Shown here: piece by piece, positions 19,417 to 29,413 of the stretch
Layout: each line of letters begins with the position of its first letter
Numbering within the stretch: the stretch's first letter is position 1
Assembly: GCA_910584655.1 (NCBI GenBank)
Contig: CAJUBJ010000001.1
Span: forward strand, 236,086 to 300,085
DNA length: 64,000 nucleotides
From: an uncultured Bacilli bacterium
GTDB lineage: Bacteria > Bacillota_I > Bacilli_A > RF39 > UBA660
Direction of reading: 5' to 3'
The notes under the pieces: model-generated
The model's database searches: none
The model's input: only the letters and a program-made list of their open reading frames with translations
Told to the model about the DNA's origin: nothing
Translations under genes and position numbers: made by a program

Positions 19417-19462
19417 TTGTATATACTAGGGGACTTTAGAATGGTAAGGGAACGTGATACAA

Positions 19463-20227
19463 ATGAAATATAGTAAAGGTAAAAGTATGTGCTTTTTTTC
19501 AGCAAAAGGTGGAGTTGGGAAAACTACTAATATTTTAAATTTTGCTGGTATATTTGAACAACTGGAGAAAAAGGTTCTTATTATAGATATGGATTTATAT
19601 AGTGGCGGAATAGCGCTTTATTTAAATAAGAAAAATGATAAGAGCGTATATAATTTGGCTTTTGATTTAATGAATAGAACTTATAAAAATATTAAAGATT
19701 ATGTCGTTAAAGTTGATAATTATATTGATATATTGTGTGCTCCTAAGGATCCTAGAGATGCAAATAAAATTGAGCCGAAGTATATTGAAGATATAATAAA
19801 TAAGGCTGAAGCAGAATATGATGCTGTTTTAATTGATACTAATCATGCTTTAAATGAAATTAATTTGACAATACTTGATTGTGTAGATGAAATTATGTTC
19901 TTTACAACAAATGATCCTCTTGATTTAAAGAATATTAGATCTTTATTATCGATATTTGATAATCTAGAAATGACTAATTATAGTATTTTGCTTAATAATA
20001 GTCGAGATCCTTTTAAAAATTATTTTAGTTTATACGAAATAAAGAAGATTATAGGTCATAATATCAATTATACTTTATCTGTTGATATGTATTTAAAAGA
20101 TATGGAAAAAATGGTTATGAGAGGTGTAATTGTTTCTTTAGATAGAAAGTTTGCAGAAGTTATGAGTAATGATTATAAAACCTTTGTGTTGATGGCGACT
20201 AATCTATTAGATGGAGATGATAGATAA
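19463..20227 (+). CDS. tadZ: ParA/MinD-family ATPase, TadZ/CpaE-like
   Basis: Deviant Walker A FFSAKGGVGKTT. Lies immediately upstream of, and overlaps, a CpaF-type ATPase gene. No receiver-like N-domain. Confidence 0.7.
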   Translation: MKYSKGKSMCFFSAKGGVGKTTNILNFAGIFEQLEKKVLIIDMDLYSGGIALYLNKKNDKSVYNLAFDLMNRTYKNIKDYVVKVDNYIDILCAPKDPRDANKIEPKYIEDIINKAEAEYDAVLIDTNHALNEINLTILDCVDEIMFFTTNDPLDLKNIRSLLSIFDNLEMTNYSILLNNSRDPFKNYFSLYEIKKIIGHNINYTLSVDMYLKDMEKMVMRGVIVSLDRKFAEVMSNDYKTFVLMATNLLDGDDR

Positions 20228-21567
20228 TGAGTAAGTTATTAGATGAATTTAATATTAAAAGTTCTAGTAAAAAGTATCAATTAGATGATTATTTAATATT
20301 TAAAGATAAGTTATTGTTGGATGATTTTCGTATTAAAATTTTAGAGGATTTAAGTGATAAAGGTTTTGTTAATGAAAATATAAGTAAAGAATTAATTAAT
20401 AGTGAAATAGATGAAATAACTTATGGCTATGATTTAAGTAATGGTGAAAGAACTTATTTATTTAATATTATTGATGGAGAAGTTAATGGTTATGGACCAA
20501 TAACTGAGTTGCTTAATGACGATAATGTAACTGAGATAATGGTTAACAGTCCTTGTGATATATATATAGAAATTGATGGAGTATTAAAAAAAGATGAAAC
20601 AGTTTCTTTTATTAACGATGAACATATTATAAGAACTATTGAAAGGTTAATATCTAGCACAGGTAAATCAATAGATGTAAATAAACCTATGGTTGATGCT
20701 CGTATGAATAATGGTAGTAGAATTAATGCTATTATTCCACCTTTATCTAGTGGACCTGTGATTACTATTAGGAAGTTTAGAAAAAGTGTAGATGATATGG
20801 ATAGTTTGATTGGAAATGGAACTTTAACTCCTTTTATGGCGAGATTTTTGAGTGCAGCAGTTAAAGCTAAATTAAATATTGTTGTATCTGGTTCTGCGGG
20901 CGCTGGTAAAACTTCTTTGCTTAATATACTTAGTAGTTTTATTCCTGATAATGAGAGAATTATAACAATTGAAGATGTTAGAGAATTAAGTTTAAATCAA
21001 AGTAATGTTGTATCTTTGGAAACTAGAGAATCAAATTACGAAGGTTTAGGTAAAATTACAATTAGAGATTTAGTTAAAAATTCTTTACGAATGAGACCTG
21101 ATCGAATAATTATTGGTGAGGTTCGTGGAAGCGAAGCATTTGATTTACTACAAGCGATGAATACTGGACATGATGGGTCTTTAACTACGTTACATGCTAA
21201 TGGATGTAAAGATGCAATTAATCGTCTTGAAACAATGGCTTTAATGGACGGAACTAATGTTCCAATGCACGCAATGAGAGAATATATTAATAATGCTTTA
21301 GATTTGGTTGTACAAATATCTCGTATGAGAGATGGCAGAAGAAAAATTGTTGAAATATCTGAGGTCGTAGATGTTGTAGAAGGTGAAATAATTTTAAGAA
21401 ATATATTTAAATTTAATAGTGATGGAGTTAATGAAACAGGAATAGTTCAAGGAGAATTTGAGTTGTTGAAATATGTTCCTTTAGTATTGCAAAAAATACA
21501 GAATGCTGGCATTAATGATTTAGATGATATGTTTGAACTTAAAAAAAATAGTAAAACAAAAAAATAA
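20227..21567 (+). CDS. tadA: CpaF/TadA-family type II/IV secretion ATPase
   Basis: Walker A SGSAGAGKTS. RPDRIIIGEVRGSEAFDLLQAMNTGHDGSLTTLHAN is typical of the CpaF/VirB11 clade. Confidence 0.9.
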   Translation: MSKLLDEFNIKSSSKKYQLDDYLIFKDKLLLDDFRIKILEDLSDKGFVNENISKELINSEIDEITYGYDLSNGERTYLFNIIDGEVNGYGPITELLNDDNVTEIMVNSPCDIYIEIDGVLKKDETVSFINDEHIIRTIERLISSTGKSIDVNKPMVDARMNNGSRINAIIPPLSSGPVITIRKFRKSVDDMDSLIGNGTLTPFMARFLSAAVKAKLNIVVSGSAGAGKTSLLNILSSFIPDNERIITIEDVRELSLNQSNVVSLETRESNYEGLGKITIRDLVKNSLRMRPDRIIIGEVRGSEAFDLLQAMNTGHDGSLTTLHANGCKDAINRLETMALMDGTNVPMHAMREYINNALDLVVQISRMRDGRRKIVEISEVVDVVEGEIILRNIFKFNSDGVNETGIVQGEFELLKYVPLVLQKIQNAGINDLDDMFELKKNSKTKK

Positions 21568-21578
21568 GGAGGTATATT

Positions 21579-22559
21579 ATGGAAAAGTATAAAGTTTTAT
21601 TACAATTATGTGTAATATTATCTATTTTATTTTTAATATACCTTTTTTATAAGTTTATATTATCTTTAATAAAGAAGAATAGATTAAGTTATTATTCAAT
21701 TAATTTAGAAAAAGAGGAATATGCTGAAGATTCATTTATCATAAGTATTATTTGTAGATTTGGTAAGTTTTTAAAATCCTTAGTTGTTTTTAATGGGCTA
21801 GGAAGAATTTATGATAGATATATAGATTCTGATAGTAGATTTAAAAACGGGATGGATTATGTTAGTTTAAAGATTTTATTGGGCTTTTTATTAGTAATTC
21901 TTTATCTTTTGATAAGTTTTTTATATAAAAATAGTATTATGACATTAATAATTGTAGTTACTTTTATTTTAGGTTTTGTTTTACCAGATTTTTATTGTTT
22001 TTATTTAAAGACTAAATTTAACAAATTGAATGATAAAGATATATTAAAAGCTATTATAATAATGAATAATAGTTATAAAGTTAATAGAAGTAATAAACAA
22101 GTTATTGAAGATGTTATTAGTAGATGTGATGGACAAATACAAAATGAATTTAAGAAAGTTTTGAATGATATTAATCTTGGTATGACCTTAGAAGAAGCTA
22201 TAAAAAGAATCTATATTCGAACTGGTAATAAGACTTTTTTAGATATAAGTATAATGATTTCTCTTAATAGTAAAATTGGTGCTGATAAAGTAGATATTAT
22301 TAATGATATAGAAAAAAGATTGGTAGATGAAGAAAAGTTTTATAATGAACTTTATGTGGCTAAAAGTATTAATAAAATTGCTGTTATAGTGTTTGGAATT
22401 TTACCTTTATTATTTATTACTTATTTGATATCTTTTAATAAAGATTATATAAATTTGTTAGTACAAGGCAGAGGAGTACTAATTATATTAATACTTGCTA
22501 TAATATATTTATTATATATTTTAATTATTTGTAGAATTGCTAGAGGTAGATATATATGA
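21579..22559 (+). CDS. tadB: TadB-like platform protein (T2SS F-domain membrane protein)
   Basis: Polytopic membrane protein with a central cytoplasmic helical domain. Position after tadA; the stop overlaps the next gene. Confidence 0.65.
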   Translation: MEKYKVLLQLCVILSILFLIYLFYKFILSLIKKNRLSYYSINLEKEEYAEDSFIISIICRFGKFLKSLVVFNGLGRIYDRYIDSDSRFKNGMDYVSLKILLGFLLVILYLLISFLYKNSIMTLIIVVTFILGFVLPDFYCFYLKTKFNKLNDKDILKAIIIMNNSYKVNRSNKQVIEDVISRCDGQIQNEFKKVLNDINLGMTLEEAIKRIYIRTGNKTFLDISIMISLNSKIGADKVDIINDIEKRLVDEEKFYNELYVAKSINKIAVIVFGILPLLFITYLISFNKDYINLLVQGRGVLIILILAIIYLLYILIICRIARGRYI

Positions 22560-23197
22560 TAGATAATAGAGTGAGAAAAAAACTTAGGTATTTGGGAATA
22601 AGATTAGATTCTAAGGTATTTAATATAATGAGATTAATAAGTTCTATAATATTATTTTTAATCTTACTATTTATGGTTGATTATGGATATATAGTTGCTC
22701 CTGTTAGTGTGGTTATATATTATATTTTAGTAGAATATATTATTTTAGACTTAGGGATTAAAAGAAGGAATATAGAGTTAGAAGATGATGCTTTAGATTT
22801 TATTCCAATATTTTTAATAGCGTTAAAAAATAAAAGGAATGTTAAAAGTGCTCTTATTGTAAGTATAGAGTTGGTTGATAATACTTTATCTAAGGAGTTT
22901 AAAAAAGCTCTTAGAAGTTCTCGTTTAGGTAAATCTTTGGATGAATCTTTAAGAGAAATTAAAGAAAATATTTCTAGTTCAGTTATAACTAATATTATAA
23001 TTAATATAATGGAAGCTAATAGACTTGGAAATAATATAAATGATAATGTTAATATACAGTTGGATTATATAAGAAGTAAAAAGAGAATAAAGTTATTAAG
23101 AAAATATAAGATAATACCTTTAAAATTGGCTATTTTGAGTATATGTTTTGTTTTCTTAGCAATAGTTATTTTAATTATGTTTAATTTTTATTCTTAG
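22556..23197 (+). CDS. tadC: TadC-like platform protein
   Basis: ATGA overlap with the tadB-like gene. TM - cytoplasmic helical domain - TM topology. Confidence 0.6.
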   Translation: MIDNRVRKKLRYLGIRLDSKVFNIMRLISSIILFLILLFMVDYGYIVAPVSVVIYYILVEYIILDLGIKRRNIELEDDALDFIPIFLIALKNKRNVKSALIVSIELVDNTLSKEFKKALRSSRLGKSLDESLREIKENISSSVITNIIINIMEANRLGNNINDNVNIQLDYIRSKKRIKLLRKYKIIPLKLAILSICFVFLAIVILIMFNFYS

Positions 23198-23203
23198 ACA
23201 ATT

Positions 23204-23229
23204 AAAGACTTTTTGTAAGTCTTTTTTTT
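23204..23229 (+). terminator. intrinsic terminator after the tad-like operon
   Basis: Stem AAAGACTT/AAGTCTTT followed by T6. Confidence 0.7.
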
Positions 23230-23272
23230 GATTAATAAACATGATATACTTATTATAATAGGAGATGAATGT

Positions 23273-23611
23273 ATGAAAGAGGATTTAAAAACAATTTTTT
23301 ATGTAGGTCTTGGTGCTTTAAGTGAAACGAATGATAAGTTTAAAACTATTAAAAGTGAGTTATATAATAGGGGAAAAGAACTTTATGAAAAGGGAATTGT
23401 TGCTAATGAAGAATTAAAACATAATATGAAAGAAGTAATGAAAGATAATGTTACTGTAGTTAATGTTAATGTAAATAGTTCAAAAGATGATTTAATAAAG
23501 AACTTTAATGATTTATCTTTAAAAGATAAGAAAGAAGTGCTTAAGGTATTAAATAAAAAGGGATGGACTGATGTAAATTATGAAAATGGAGAAAACGAGA
23601 AAGAATCTTAG
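23273..23611 (+). CDS. small helical protein, phasin-like (COG3937-type)
   Basis: FYVGLGALSETNDKFKTIKSELYNRGKELYEKG pattern. AGGAG RBS before the ATG at 23273. Overlaps the downstream ABC1 kinase gene. Confidence 0.4.
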   Translation: MKEDLKTIFYVGLGALSETNDKFKTIKSELYNRGKELYEKGIVANEELKHNMKEVMKDNVTVVNVNVNSSKDDLIKNFNDLSLKDKKEVLKVLNKKGWTDVNYENGENEKES

Positions 23612-25181
23612 TGGTAAAGAGCGTTTATTTGAGATATTAGAAGTTTTAAAAAAACATAATGTGATTAAAGGTGTTGATCCAGTAAAATTAAGAAAAATTT
23701 TGGAGGATTTGGGACCAACATATATTAAAGTTGGACAAATTTTATCTAATCGTCCTGATATGTTACCACAAGAGTATATTATTGAGTTAAGTAAATTACG
23801 TAGTAATGTAAATCCAATGGGATATCAAGAAATATTAAATATTCTTACAGAGGAATATGATAAAAAGTTATTTCAATTGTTTTTAAGTATAGATAGAAAT
23901 CCTCTTGGTAGTGCGTCGATTGCACAAGTACATAAAGCTGTCTTAAAAGATGGAAAAGATGTTGTAATAAAAGTTCAGAGAAAAAATATAAAAGAAATAA
24001 TGATTGCAGATATAAGAGTTTTAAAAAAGGCCTTGGGGATGCTTCATGTTCAAAGTTTGTTTAAGAATATAGTATCATTTGATGATGTCTTAGATGAACT
24101 TTTAACTACAACGTTAGAAGAAATGAATTTCTTGATAGAAGCTGAACATATTGAAGAGTTTTATCAAGAAAATAAGGATATTAAGTATATTAAAGTCCCT
24201 AAAGTTATAAAAAATTTAACTACTGAAAAAGTAATAGTTATGGAATATATTGATGGGCTTAGTATAAGTCAAACTGATGAATTAATTAATAGTGGCTACG
24301 ATCTGGATGAAATAGGGAGTAAGTTAGCAGATAATTATATTTATCAAGCAATTGATGTAGGATATTTTCATGCAGATCCTCATCCTAATAATATAATTAT
24401 TACAGATGGAAAAATTGGGTATATTGATTTTGGAATGATGGGAAGATTAAATTCCCGCAATAAGGATTTGTTGAAAAAATGTATTGTTGCGATATTTAAT
24501 AATGATATTAGAGAAGTTGAAAGAATACTGTTAATATTAGGCGATACAAAAAAGGAAATAAATCATTCTAAGTTATGTAATGAATTGCAACTTATATTGG
24601 ATAAAAATAAATCGACTGGAATAGCAGATATAAATATTACTAAGTTTGCTAATGAACTTTTGAATTTGCTTGGGAATAATGGAATTACATTACCTAAGGA
24701 TATTACAATGCTAGTTAGAGGTATTGTGGTACTTGAAGGAACTTTAGAAACAGTAAGTCCTAGTATTAATCTTTTACAAGTGTTTGAGAATAGAGTTAAG
24801 AATATTAGTTTAAAAGAACTATTAAGTAAAGATAATCTATTAAAAGAAACAGGACATATAATGTCTTCTATTGGTAGTCTTAATAGATTGCCATATGATT
24901 TACATACTTTTTTTAAAGGTGTTTCTAGAGGAGAGACAAAATTCAATGTAGAGATAACAGAGTCTAATAAAATATTGGATAGATTTGAAAAAATGATACA
25001 TCGAATAGTTGTATGTATCTTAGATGTTGCTTTTATATTAGGAGCAGCTTTAATGGTATCTAATGGTATTAATAGCAATGATAAAAGATTTTTATTTTAC
25101 TTATATGTTGCTGTAGGGTTTATATTTACAATATGGTTATTTATAAAAATGTATTTAGATAAATTGAATAGAAAAAAGTAA
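23580..25181 (+). CDS. ABC1/UbiB-family atypical protein kinase with C-terminal TM helices
   Basis: LGPTYIKVGQILSNRPDMLP, GSASIAQVHKA, FHADPHPNNI and IDFGMMG motifs. Confidence 0.85.
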   Translation: MKMEKTRKNLSGKERLFEILEVLKKHNVIKGVDPVKLRKILEDLGPTYIKVGQILSNRPDMLPQEYIIELSKLRSNVNPMGYQEILNILTEEYDKKLFQLFLSIDRNPLGSASIAQVHKAVLKDGKDVVIKVQRKNIKEIMIADIRVLKKALGMLHVQSLFKNIVSFDDVLDELLTTTLEEMNFLIEAEHIEEFYQENKDIKYIKVPKVIKNLTTEKVIVMEYIDGLSISQTDELINSGYDLDEIGSKLADNYIYQAIDVGYFHADPHPNNIIITDGKIGYIDFGMMGRLNSRNKDLLKKCIVAIFNNDIREVERILLILGDTKKEINHSKLCNELQLILDKNKSTGIADINITKFANELLNLLGNNGITLPKDITMLVRGIVVLEGTLETVSPSINLLQVFENRVKNISLKELLSKDNLLKETGHIMSSIGSLNRLPYDLHTFFKGVSRGETKFNVEITESNKILDRFEKMIHRIVVCILDVAFILGAALMVSNGINSNDKRFLFYLYVAVGFIFTIWLFIKMYLDKLNRKK

Positions 25182-25207
25182 TTATAATATAAGAAAGGAA
25201 GAATATT

Positions 25208-26272
25208 ATGGATAAAAATAAAAGTATGATAATAACATTAGGTATTACGTTATTTTTATTTTCTTTCATAATATTTTTGGTTTATTTAATATATTGTTAT
25301 GCTTACTATGATGAATATCAAGAGAATCTATATGTAGATAAGTTTAATGTAAATGATAGTCGTTATTTGTATAATAATTTTTATAACGAAAGTAATGAAT
25401 CTTATGAGGACTTTATGAGACCTTATCAATTGATGTATGATAAGAATGCTTTGAAAGATATATATTATTTATATTATAAAGGTAAAGGCTTATATAAAGA
25501 TATAGATGAATTTATAAAAACTTTTTATTATGGTAATTTTAAAGTTGCACATAATGATGTTAGTTTTTATAGTATTGGAAAAACTAATCTTTTTGAGAGA
25601 AGAGAAATAAAGTATAAAAATGTTAAATTATATAATGAATTTAAAGAATTTAGTAGTTTAGGAGCAATTAATAATATAAGGTTAAAAATAGAAGATAATA
25701 GTGAAATTATTTTGGATGATAAAGTTCTTACTTGTGTAGATAATGAATGCCTTGTAGATAATATATTTTCCGGATTGCATGTAATTAAATATAAATCTAA
25801 TAATACAGATTATTATGGGATTATAAATTTGAAAATAGATAATCAAGAAATTGAGATTTCTTTGTTAGATAGTTTGGTAAAAATAAGTGATAATGAGGTT
25901 CCGATTAAAGATGATATAAAGCCTGTAAATGCTAATTTGAATAAAGGACTTTATAAATTAAATGTGTGTTATTTAGATAGTGGTTGTCCATCAAAGATGA
26001 AAAGTTATGTTAGATTATATGAAGATGGTAAAGTTGATTATTATACTTATATAACTTTAGATATTGCAGGAGATACTTATAATGGAACTTATACTATTTC
26101 AGGTAATTTTTTAGTTTTACATTTTGATAGTCATGTTTATCGTATGCATGATTATGATACTAAGCAATATACAGATATTGAAGCAAGGGTTGACATGGAA
26201 ATGAGATTTAAAATAGAAAATTCAGAGACGATAAGCAATGATAGTTTTCAATTTAAGTATAGTACAGAGTAA
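25208..26272 (+). CDS. hypothetical membrane-anchored protein (354 aa)
   Basis: N-terminal TM and a Tyr/Asn-rich ectodomain. GGAAG RBS. No family recognised. Confidence 0.6.
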   Translation: MDKNKSMIITLGITLFLFSFIIFLVYLIYCYAYYDEYQENLYVDKFNVNDSRYLYNNFYNESNESYEDFMRPYQLMYDKNALKDIYYLYYKGKGLYKDIDEFIKTFYYGNFKVAHNDVSFYSIGKTNLFERREIKYKNVKLYNEFKEFSSLGAINNIRLKIEDNSEIILDDKVLTCVDNECLVDNIFSGLHVIKYKSNNTDYYGIINLKIDNQEIEISLLDSLVKISDNEVPIKDDIKPVNANLNKGLYKLNVCYLDSGCPSKMKSYVRLYEDGKVDYYTYITLDIAGDTYNGTYTISGNFLVLHFDSHVYRMHDYDTKQYTDIEARVDMEMRFKIENSETISNDSFQFKYSTE

Positions 26273-26342
26273 AAATACTTTGTACTTTTTCTTTTAATAG
26301 ATACAAATGTATGCTATACTTAGGTTTAAGGATGTGTATAAA

Positions 26343-26897
26343 ATGTTTAATTATATAAAAGGAAAAGTAGAGTCTTATGGACCAAATTATATTACATTAG
26401 AGAATAATGGGATTGGATTTATGATATTTGTTCCCAATCCTTATGTATATCAGGAAAAACAAGAATATAAAGTTTTTATTTATAATCATATAAGAGAAGA
26501 AGAATTTACGTTATATGGATTTAGAAATGAGCAAGAAAGGGACTTCTTTTTAAGACTTATTAATGTTAAGGGAGTAGGACCAAAATTGGCTTTGCCTATT
26601 TTAGCTAGTCCTGTTGATGCAATTTATGATGCTATTGAAAGAGAAAATATTTTATATTTAACTAAATTTCCTAAAGTTGGTGATAAGGTTGCACGTCAAA
26701 TAATACTCGATTTAAAAGGAAAATTGGTACGTAATGATGATTTGTTTACAAATGATGGTTTAGATGAATTGATGGCTGTATTAGATAGTTTAGGATATAA
26801 AAAAGGTGATGTTAAGAAAATTCTTCCACAAGTTGATGCATCACTTCCTATTGAACAACAAATAAAAGATGCGTTAAAATTGCTTATGAGTAGGTAA
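26343..26897 (+). CDS. ruvA: Holliday junction DNA helicase subunit RuvA
   Basis: MFNYIKGKV...YGF....ER.FF..LI.VKGVGPKLAL.IL is the canonical RuvA N-terminus with HhH. Confidence 0.9.
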   Translation: MFNYIKGKVESYGPNYITLENNGIGFMIFVPNPYVYQEKQEYKVFIYNHIREEEFTLYGFRNEQERDFFLRLINVKGVGPKLALPILASPVDAIYDAIERENILYLTKFPKVGDKVARQIILDLKGKLVRNDDLFTNDGLDELMAVLDSLGYKKGDVKKILPQVDASLPIEQQIKDALKLLMSR

Positions 26898-26918
26898 TAA
26901 AAATTTAAGGAGATTATT

Positions 26919-27485
26919 ATGAAAATAGGGATAGATATAGATGATACAGTAGCTAATACTGATGAGAGAATAATTCAAGAAGCTTTGAAATATGATAAAG
27001 AATTTGTTAAAGGAAGAGGATTCAAAAATAAAGATGCTTATACTTTTATGGAAAAGTTTTATTGGAATGTAATGGATGTAGATGGCTTTATGAAAGTAAT
27101 AAGGAAGGGGAAGTTTTTTTCTGAGTTAAATCCTATTGATGATGCAGTTTTTTATGTGAATAAGCTTTATGATGATGGAAATGAAATATATTTTATTACT
27201 AGAAGGAAGAATAATTTTAAAACTAAAATGATGACAAAGAAATGGCTTAAAAAAACAGGCTTTAAGTTTCATAAGTTAATTATGGGCGGAGAAGATAAAG
27301 GAACTATGTGTAAGGATTTAGGCATAGAAGTATTTGTTGATAATGATGAAAGAAATGTTCGCAAGACTGAAAAAAACGGAATTGTTTCAATTCTTAAGAG
27401 TACAATGTACACTAAAGAAGTTGATGATTTAACTCGATATGAAACATGGGAAGAAATTTATAATTATATAAAGAGGGTGAAGTAA
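26919..27485 (+). CDS. HAD-superfamily 5'(3')-deoxyribonucleotidase-like phosphatase
   Basis: [12 protein letters not shown] (DxDxT) and late VFVDND acidic motif; about 190 aa. Confidence 0.5.
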   Translation: MKIGIDIDDTVANTDERIIQEALKYDKEFVKGRGFKNKDAYTFMEKFYWNVMDVDGFMKVIRKGKFFSELNPIDDAVFYVNKLYDDGNEIYFITRRKNNFKTKMMTKKWLKKTGFKFHKLIMGGEDKGTMCKDLGIEVFVDNDERNVRKTEKNGIVSILKSTMYTKEVDDLTRYETWEEIYNYIKRVK

Positions 27486-28498
27486 TGGGAAGATTGGTTG
27501 ATGGTGAAAAACGTGATGAATTAGATAGTTTTGATCAATCAATAAGACCAGCTTCTTTAGAGGAGTATGTTGGTCAAACTGATATAAAAGAGAATTTAGA
27601 AGTTTTTATTAAAGCTTGTAAAATGAGAGATGAAGTTTTAGATCATGTTTTGCTTTATGGTCCTCCGGGTCTTGGTAAAACAACGCTTGCTCATATTATT
27701 GCTCATGAAATGGGAACAAATATTAAAACGGCGTCTGGTCCTTCAATTGAAAAAAGTGGAGATTTAGCTGCAATACTTTCACAATTAGAGCCAGGAGATG
27801 TTTTGTTTATTGATGAAATACATAGAATTCCTAGATATATTGAGGAGATTCTTTATCCTGCAATGGAAGACTTTGTGCTTGATATAGTTATTTCTAATGG
27901 TGATGGATCTTCAAGAAATTTGAGGATAGATTTGCCACCATTTACTTTGGTTGGAGCAACAACAAGAGCTGGAGATATTTCTGCTCCTTTAAGAGATAGA
28001 TTTGGAATAACATCTAAATTAAGTTACTATACTGATGAAGAGTTATTTAAAATTATTACACGTACTAGTAAAGTTCTTAATATGCCAATTCTTGAAGAAG
28101 CAGCGATGGAATTGGCCAGAAGAAGTAGAAAGACTCCTCGTATTGCTAACAGACTATTTAAGAGGGTCAGAGATTTTGCTTTAGTATTTGAACAAGATGT
28201 AATTGATGAAGAAATAACTAAGACATCTTTAAAGAGATTGAAAGTAGATGAGGATGGCTTAGATCAAATAGATATACAATATTTAGATGCATTAATAACT
28301 AAATTTAATGGTGGTCCAGTTGGTGCTCAAACAGTTGCAACTTCAATAGGTGAAGAGGTGACGACAATTGAAGATGTTGTTGAACCTTATTTATTACAAG
28401 AAGGTTTTGTTAAAAGAACACCACGTGGAAGAGTGGCAACTGAAAAGGCTTATAATCATTTGAACGTAGAATATGATCCAAACAGTTCTAACAAATAG
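27485..28498 (+). CDS. ruvB: Holliday junction DNA helicase RuvB
   Basis: LRP..L.EYVGQ, Walker [10 protein letters not shown], Walker B LFIDEIHR, sensor and winged-helix regions. Confidence 0.95.
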   Translation: MGRLVDGEKRDELDSFDQSIRPASLEEYVGQTDIKENLEVFIKACKMRDEVLDHVLLYGPPGLGKTTLAHIIAHEMGTNIKTASGPSIEKSGDLAAILSQLEPGDVLFIDEIHRIPRYIEEILYPAMEDFVLDIVISNGDGSSRNLRIDLPPFTLVGATTRAGDISAPLRDRFGITSKLSYYTDEELFKIITRTSKVLNMPILEEAAMELARRSRKTPRIANRLFKRVRDFALVFEQDVIDEEITKTSLKRLKVDEDGLDQIDIQYLDALITKFNGGPVGAQTVATSIGEEVTTIEDVVEPYLLQEGFVKRTPRGRVATEKAYNHLNVEYDPNSSNK

Positions 28499-28549
28499 GG
28501 CTGTTTTTTTGCTTTCTTTCTTGATATACTAAAATAGGATGGTGTATTT

Positions 28550-29326
28550 ATGATTAAGGATACAAAAAAAAGACTATTATTGATTATAGAAGTTGCTAGT
28601 TTTATAATATTTATACTTTTATGTATGGGACTTTTTTATTTAGTAGGTAGTAAAAATAAGGAAGCGAAAGAAGTTATTAATAAAGACATTAATTTTTCAT
28701 ATTTTATTGATGAATCTTTGAATATGAGTGTATCAATTCCTTTAGAATCTAGAGAAATGATAAAAATTTATGATTCAGTCCAATCTTTAGAGTTTGGTTC
28801 TGTTGAAACGGTTTGTTTTGCGGGCAGTGAATATTATCTTGAATATGATGAAAATAAATTGTATTTAAATGAGACCTGTGGGACAGCTGTTTATAATGAT
28901 GAAATATATTCTATAACTAGTGGTGGTGAAAAAGTCTTTGAATTATTAAAAGAAAAAGTTAAAGGGTTAAATAATGTTTATTTATTTGAATATAATCAAG
29001 AAAATCAAAAATCTAGTTTGATTGATTTGAGTGAAGAAGATAAAAATAGCATAAGAGAGATTTGGGAAAAAAGCGAAAAGAATTCGGTTTCTCTTAATTT
29101 GTCACTTAAAGTAAAGAATGTTTTATATATTGATGGAGATTTGATAGGAATTCAAAATTTAAATGATTATGTTTCTTATAATTGCAAATATGCAGGGAAT
29201 TTTATAACTTTAAATCAAGAAATGAGAACAATTATTGAAAGATATATTGGAAGTGAGTGTTGTCCTTGTTGTACTGATTTAGAACCAGGGGAAGAATGTG
29301 TTAGTACATGTTGTCCTTGCGTTTAA
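28550..29326 (+). CDS. hypothetical membrane-anchored protein with Cys-rich C-terminal tail
   Basis: N-terminal TM. The last 24 aa are SECCPCCTDLEPGEECVSTCCPCV, with 8 Cys and CCPC twice. Confidence 0.6.
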   Translation: MIKDTKKRLLLIIEVASFIIFILLCMGLFYLVGSKNKEAKEVINKDINFSYFIDESLNMSVSIPLESREMIKIYDSVQSLEFGSVETVCFAGSEYYLEYDENKLYLNETCGTAVYNDEIYSITSGGEKVFELLKEKVKGLNNVYLFEYNQENQKSSLIDLSEEDKNSIREIWEKSEKNSVSLNLSLKVKNVLYIDGDLIGIQNLNDYVSYNCKYAGNFITLNQEMRTIIERYIGSECCPCCTDLEPGEECVSTCCPCV

Positions 29327-29413
29327 AAGATTTTAAGCAACTTTATAAGTTGTTTTTTCTTGACTATAATTTATTAAAATATTATTATAGAAAATTATTA
29401 AAGGAGAATTCTT

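Noticed and set aside
19326-19462. Search for a Flp-type pilin or prepilin ORF flanking the tad-like operon (also 23198-23272)
   Set aside because: The spacers are too short and contain no ORF with a hydrophobic G/XXXXEY-type leader. The absence itself is reported as a finding.
24563-25078. 171-aa minus-strand ORF inside the ABC1/UbiB kinase gene
   Set aside because: It is antisense to a gene with clear family motifs and has no RBS or recognisable motif.
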